From: the human T2T-CHM13v2.0 reference genome, Homo sapiens
Reading direction: 5' to 3'
Length of the DNA: 64,000 nt
Assembly (NCBI GenBank): GCA_009914755.4
Contig: CP068257.2
Coordinates: 16,576,001 to 16,640,000, forward strand
A program made the position numbers and the translations under genes. Shown one piece after another: positions 55,400-64,000 of this stretch (the first letter of the stretch is position 1; each line of letters begins with the position of its first letter). The notes under the pieces were generated by a model, which was given only the letters and a program-made list of their open reading frames with translations, made no database searches and had not been told where the DNA came from.

Positions 55400-56200
55400 T
55401 TTCTTTTCTTTTCTTTTTTTTTTACATTTTACTTTAAGGTCTGGGATACACATCCAGAATGTGCAGGTTTGTTACATAGGTATACGTGTGCCATGGTGCT
55501 TTGCTGAACCTATTGACCCGCCCTCTAAGTTCCTTCCCCTCACCTCCTAGTCCCCAACAGGCCCTGGTGTGTGTTGTTCCCTGTCCTGTGTCCATGTGTT
55601 CTCATTGTTCAACTCCCACTCATGAGTGAGAACATGCAGTGTTTGGTTTTCTGTTCCTGTGTTAGTCTGCTGAGGATGATGGCTTCCAGCTTCATCCATG
55701 TCCCTGCAAATGACGTGATCTCATTCCCTTTTATGGCTGCATAGTATCCCATGGTGTATATGTGCCACATTTTCTTTATTCAGTCTATCATTGATGATGG
55801 GCATTTGGGTTGGTTCCAAGTCTTTGCTATTGTAAATAGTGCTGCAATAAATACACGTGTGCATATGTCTTTACAGTACAATGATTTAATCCCAGTAAAG
55901 GGATTGCTGGGTCAAATGGTATTTCTGGTTCTATATCCTTGAGGAATTGCCACGCTGTCTTCCACAATGGTTGAACTAATTTACATTCCCACCAACACTG
56001 TAAAAGTGTTCCTAGTTCTTCACAACCTTGCCAGCATCTATTGTTTCTTGACTTTTTAATAATCGCCATTCTGACTGGCATGAGATGGTATCTCATTGTG
56101 GTTTTGATTTGCATTTCTCTAATGATCAGTGATGTTGAGTTTTTTTTTCACATTTGTTGCTTTTCCTTAATTTTCTGATTTGTTCAGTGAAGATATTAAT
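55400..56200 (-). mobile_element. Young L1 (L1PA-like) 3'-end fragment, antisense and 5'-truncated
   Basis: 'tttttttttacattttactttaaggtctgggatacacatccagaatgtgcaggtttgttacataggtatacgtgtgccatggtg..gtgagaacatgcagtgtttggttttctgttcc..ccattctgactggcatgagatggtatctcattgtggttttgatttgcatttctctaatgatcagtgatgttgag' has low divergence from the L1PA 3' end. Confidence 0.85.
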
Positions 56201-56253
56201 ATTTCATTCTTCCACTGTCTTGGAGATATATGAGTACTTCAAAAATATGCATG

Positions 56254-56585
<332 letters not shown>

Positions 56586-59000
56586 TTTTAAAAATATGCA
56601 TGAATTTACAGAACATAAAGTATTAACCTTAAATTTATGTTTCTAGTGAGATGCTATATTTACAAGTAAACATAAAAATCAGTACCTTCTTTGAGTGTCT
56701 GAGTGCAAGGGTTGGTGACCATTTTTGTTGAGAACATTACTTCTCATACTTTAGTGTGCATCAGAATCTCCTGGAAGATGTGACAAACACACATAGCTGG
56801 CCCCACCCTCATAGTTTCTGATTCAGCAGATATGTGATGAGCCCTGATAATTTGCATTTCTAGCAGGTTCTCAGGTGGTGCTGCTGGACTGGAGGCCACG
56901 CATTGAAAGCCATTGGAATAGAATATGGCTTGGAATGGTAGGTAGAGTGTCAGTCACTAAATTTTAGGTAGAGAAGATATTCTTCAGCCATTGGTGTTGC
57001 CTTGAAATCCAAACTACTACCACTAAAAGGCAAGCCTTTGGTAAGTCAGAAGTTGTGGATGACTAATAAGGCACATTCTTTGCCACTGTAAGGCTAAAAA
57101 ATGATGCTTCAAAGAACTTAAATAATGTATCAGTAATAACGTGTTCACAATTTTAAAGAATGCATTCTTATTTAATCAGTTAATCCTGTTATAAAACATA
57201 GTATTAAAGTTGAACAAAGAAAATCATGTGACAGTCTAGTGTATTAATTACTCAATTATGATAACATTTTATTATACAAGGTATTACCTTATGTGGGAGA
57301 CTTCTTGCTTACCAAGGAATAACATGCTTAGACTGTGTAGAATCAGAGCTAGCTATAAGATTTCAGAGACCTGGCATGAGTTAATGACTTAATGTAACCC
57401 TAAAATCAATAGCATCAGCCGTCATATTTTCTGCCTAGTGCGTGAGGTGTCTGCCACACAATCCCCATTAGCTGTAATTGAAGTTGTCCAGCTGATTTCC
57501 CTTCTGCGCAAGAATTCTATAGATCTCCTTCTAAGTGGCAATATATCTTACCTTTAGCACACTTTTCATTTTAAAAAAGAAGTATAAGACCCGAAGATAA
57601 ATTTTAAACAAGAAAAAAGCCATCCTATTTGTCTTGAATTTGCAAGCATTTATCAAAGCAGAATAAATGTAAAACTAAGCTGGAAGTTTAACACAACTGA
57701 AGATATTGATTTAACTAGAGGACTTACATACAGATGATCTGAATAAGCGTCAATTTAGATGGCTTGTCATGTATTGATAGTATGACATATATGTGTTAAT
57801 ATATAAAATAAGTTGCTACACTTTAACACAGTGAAACCATTTTCCTATGACATAAACTGCTATTTCTTCATTTAGTAATTATTCGTTTGGTCAGTAATGC
57901 TAGCAGGTTTAATCCAGCAGACATTAAAGCATTGATATGTTATTAATTTTCAAATATAGAAAATATGCCAGAAAATTTATTTACTAAGTTTCATAATAAA
58001 AACTGTTAACATTTTTGAGTAATTGCTCGATGCCTTACATGGGTTATCTCATTTAAACCTCTCCATAAACCCTAAGTCACTTGCCCAAAGTCTCACCAAT
58101 AAGTGTTAAAGCCAGGATCAAACAAGAGTAGTCTGAACATAGAATCCATGCTCTTCATGACTACCCCATGCTGTACCTAAAAATTAATTACAATTCTAAA
58201 ATCTAGCAGAACTTCCCTTTTTATTTATTGTGTGTACTTGGATTTCATGGCGCTAATAGGAACATTACTCTTAGGTGGCAAGATATTTCAGTGAAGTTAC
58301 TACGTGGGTAAGAGTTTTTTCCTAATGTCACACAGGTCAAGAGCTATTGACACTTCAAATTTATTGCAATATTGACATTAGCACTACAGCAAGTTCAAGT
58401 TACTACATTTCTAATATACAGTGTAAACGATAATATAAAAACCAGAGCCAGGGTTATGCCAGTCTATTAAGTTATTTACTTCCCCTTTGGTTAGCTGTAA
58501 ATTGACTCTAACGAGGCTATGCAGGTTTTCATCAAGAAATTACTTCAGGTTACTGCACGCCTGGATGATATTCTAAATTCAGGGCTGAAATTTAGAGGCC
58601 CACAGACTAAACTGGCCCTCAAGCCCTGTTTTTGTTTGTTTGTTTGTTTTAAGTTTGCATGGGGTTTAAAATAATTGGAAATTTGAAAAGAAACTGCTTT
58701 TAGATAAGGTGCACACTTTCTGGCTCAACCCAGGTCCACTGCTCATTTTAGCTGGCTGCCTCACACATTCAAGTATTATGTCTAGTCTCCAAAAGCATCG
58801 ATTTGTAACCTATTTTCTTAAAAAATAATTTTTGTTTCCAGTGCTCAGGTCTACCCAAGAGGATTACGCAAATAGGCAAAAAGTAACAGTTTTGTAAAAG
58901 AGAAATGAAAGAAGCTTATTTCTTTACTCCCTAATTATTGTTAAGCAATGAAATAACTATAACACCAATGCTTTCTGAAAAGGTACAGTGAGCAGTTTTA

Positions 59001-59153
<153 letters not shown>

Positions 59154-60534
59154 TCAAAATGGAGAATGCAGCCAGCCAGTCAGAAGTGATCAACATGCAT
59201 CCTTGAATGAACTACCATCAGTCCTATTTATTCCAACATTTCACTCTCATTATCAAGTACTGTGTATATATAATGGAACTAAATACTAAACCTTGCACAC
59301 TAAAGCACATAATAAAGCCCATCTGTGGATTGTGCCAAATGGATAACAGGAAAGCTCTTCTTTTTTACCGAAGGGCTAGTAGGAGCGATGGATTAGACTA
59401 GATGGTCTTTGGGCATCTTCTGTGATTTTAAACAGTTACAGGATTGCTCATGGGGGAAAACGCTCCCCAACACAAAGTGTTTCATTCATGGAAATTAGCA
59501 ACAGCTCAGAAATCCAGAAGTGCTTTTCATTTGGCACCTGAGGAGGTGCTCGCTTCTGTATAATAGCATTCAGCTTCTTTGTGGTGCTATGTGAGTGAGC
59601 AGGTGCACATCGAGCAGAGGACAAAGCTCAGATGAACTATGCCCTGGTCTAGGGGCAATCAGCTTGTCATGCATACCCAGGTGAAGAGAAAGGAGGCATT
59701 TAAAAAAATAAAGCAGAGTGTACTTACCTGCTTTTTACAAAATGATTCATCCACTAGAAGTACGAATCTCTGCTGAAATACTAATCCCAAGAGAGATGTG
59801 AAACAAGCAGGTGTCTAGTGCCCCAGAAAAGGTACATGATAAGCACTTTCTAATAATTAGCATTTCTATTTTGTTCCTCAAGAGAGGCAGAACGTTGAAG
59901 AGAAGTTAGTACATTTGACAGCCATTGATGCTGAAAAAATTTATGTGACCTCATTTCTAGCTAAATTTAATTCATGCACTAAAAAGATGAAGGAAGCAAA
60001 AAAAGTGTGTTCGTGCACACGTGCACGTGTGTGTGTAATTAAATGCAAAACAGATATATATGACTCAGTAGTGCATTGGTAAATGTATATCAATTTTCTC
60101 TCCAGAAAAATGAAAGCCCCATGGGCCTTCCTCTCATTTTACTGATGTAAACACTTCCACAATGATCAATTTCAAGGTACCAGCATGGCAGTGAACATGG
60201 AGTAAACATTACTAGATAACTTTTCAAGTTTGACAATGGACTATAAGAAAATGAATTGCAGAGATTAAAATGGAGGAGAAAATTTGGCATCTCACTGTTA
60301 TCCATTCTATGAGGATCAAGGATGGCTTGGCAGACTTTAATTTTACAATAAAAACCAAGGCCACTTCTGCTGCTTGTCAATGATTTAAAATTTGTTTGGC
60401 AGATGATAAAACTGTTTGGTAAAGGAACATTTGAGCAGTGTCTGTTTACTGATTGCCTTGATTTAACCAACTAGTATCACCTCATTTCTTCCTAGTGAAC
60501 AATATGTTCATGGTTTTCCTAGCTAATCAATTAG

Positions 60535-60874
<340 letters not shown>

Positions 60875-62247
60875 AGAAAACTGGGGTTTTATGAAATTAA
60901 GTAGATGGAAGTCATAAAGCAAAGTTCATAAACTACGTGAAACTTACCATCACTCAAGAAATATTTAAACATGATCTAGCTGTTTATTCCTAAATGAAAT
61001 TGATCTCAGATACAGTTTATTTCCTGGCTCCATACCACTCTTAGAGACTTTCTTAAGTCAATCAGACATATATCTTTAGTAACAATAAGTAAACGTAAGC
61101 CACATTTACTCAGCTTTTAAAAAAAATCCAAAAACAAAAAAAACTTCCTATGAAATAAAGAGTTTCAAATTTTGTTATTGGTTAATTTGTTTTTGAAGAG
61201 CCTACACTGTGGTCATAAAATGTCTTTTAGCTTGAAGTCTGAAAAGAGAAAATATCTATCTAGGAATCATTTTTACTGTTTAAATTTGAAGTTTAATAAA
61301 TCATAATATTTTTCAAGAGGGAGAAATATATGAATATACAGTCTTTGACTTCAATATACTTGATGGACAGCAGACATGAGGCATTTTCAGCAATACAGTG
61401 TCATTGCTGTGAAGAACTTTTGTAGGAGTTATCAGAAAAGCATTTGACTTAGAACTTTGTGCTTTCTCTTATAATAGGTAACGACATTTTAAATGTGAGT
61501 ACTTTGATTCTGAGACCCTCTACCTTTCCACAAGATTTTCTGCATTTTCATCTTAAATACATTTAGGACTTTTAAACATCATGGCTATAATTTGTTGTGA
61601 CTGCAGGGATCAGGTTCTCTTATCAGACTACAGAGCCTTTTCTGGTGCTTTATTATTTATGAGTGGTTAAAACTCTGTCCCAGCTAGGGCACTCCTATTA
61701 GAAATTCCACAGCCAATGAGCCTTGTGGTTACATTTAGAGGGTATGAAGTACGAGAATACTTTTCAAAAAAAAGTATGATTATTTTTAATATGTATGATT
61801 TCTGTGTTTGGAAAACATGCAGTTGATGCTGGGGGTGAATGGTGTATCAACTGATGGATACAATGTAAGATTCATGTCAAATCTGAGCCCTCTTGTCAGT
61901 AAGCAGAATTAGCATGTTCAAGTTACAAGAGATTCCATTCTCATTTTAAGAAAATGTTGAGTGTGAGGCCTTCACATTATAAATAAAGATAGTTTTATTA
62001 GTTTGGAAAATGTGACAGGTAATAATTTGGCTTTTGATGAGACTTTATCATGTGCTTTACAAAAATAAATTTTTGTAACCCTAGTTTATATTCATTTTAA
62101 TGAGGCTTTTAAGTTTATCAGAGTGTTTATAATACTAAAACTAGATATTGAGGTTGGGGGACACTTGAATTCCCCGTCAAAAGAATATAGTTTTATAATA
62201 TCTTCTATGCAATCTGAAGAAATTTTTAAAAACTCTACAAATATATA

Positions 62248-62550
<303 letters not shown>

Positions 62551-62609
62551 CTACAAATATAAAAACTCTGCAAGTATATCTTTGAAAGCTCTACAGATAC
62601 ACAACTCTA

Positions 62610-62921
<312 letters not shown>

Positions 62922-62964
62922 TTACAAGCATTTCTAACAAGTTTTAAAAATCAATAACAGTTAA

Positions 62965-63440
<476 letters not shown>

Positions 63441-64000
63441 CTCATTTCTCTTTTATAGTGTAAAAAATGTCTTAGTTCTGGAGGTAATCATTTATATTTT
63501 ATTTTTAAATAAAATTATGGTGCTCAATAGAAAGTGGTGCCAGTTCTCTGAAAATTATGGTAAGGATGATTTTCAGCATCAATTAATAGAAATTTGGGCA
63601 AATGTTCTGAGACTTTTTTATTTTCCCCAATTATCACCATGTTAAAAAAGCTTTTAGGAGATTGTTTTACAGGGCAATTATGGAAGCATTGACATTGGTC
63701 ACTGACTTTTAAAGCCCTTCTTGCATCAATTTACAAGCCAACTGGCACCCTTAAGCACCCACTGCATGTAAGACCTAGGGCAGACACAAAAATGAATAAG
63801 ACACAGTGCTTATCCTTAAGGACAGGGATATACAACTAACCGTAGCAATAGTCTGCTTTTGATAAGTGCTGTAATGCATGTATAAATCAAACCCCATGAA
63901 AACACAGAGATGGCAGCACTTTCTCCTAACCGGGCACTGAAAAAGACTTAGGAATAAAAGTCAGAATTGAGCAGAGCCCTTCATGATAAAATTCACTTTA

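Overview
This window is primate, almost certainly human, nuclear DNA. It is AT-rich, full of interspersed repeats, and contains one protein-coding gene. Nothing in it looks prokaryotic: I see no CRISPR array, no operon, and nothing resembling a defence system.

The gene is chondrolectin (CHODL, 21q21), on the + strand. The first ~28 kb is gene-poor 5' flank, dominated by antisense L1 pieces, MaLR (THE1/MST-type) LTRs and one Alu. A TATA-containing CpG island lies at about 28.1-29.3 kb. Six coding exons follow: 28706-28784, 40331-40640, 40792-40949, 44022-44108, 46607-46709 and 49773-49857. Spliced together they give a 273-aa type I membrane protein with a signal peptide, a C-type lectin domain and a transmembrane helix. 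All five introns are GT-AG and the phases are consistent across every junction. A probable 3'UTR runs to an AATAAA at 51166. The last ~13 kb is 3' flank with a MaLR solo LTR, an L1PA 3' fragment and four Alus.

The introns carry sense-oriented Alus, short L1 3'-end fragments and two large AT-rich tandem arrays in intron 1. Most ORFs in the supplied six-frame track fall inside repeats or the CpG island and are artefacts.

I found no evidence for a novel system. The observations worth a second look are structural and regulatory: a nested MaLR-in-L1 insertion, intron-1 minisatellites, an L1-borne microsatellite just upstream of the last exon, CpG-retaining non-island blocks, a uORF, and an in-frame cassette exon.
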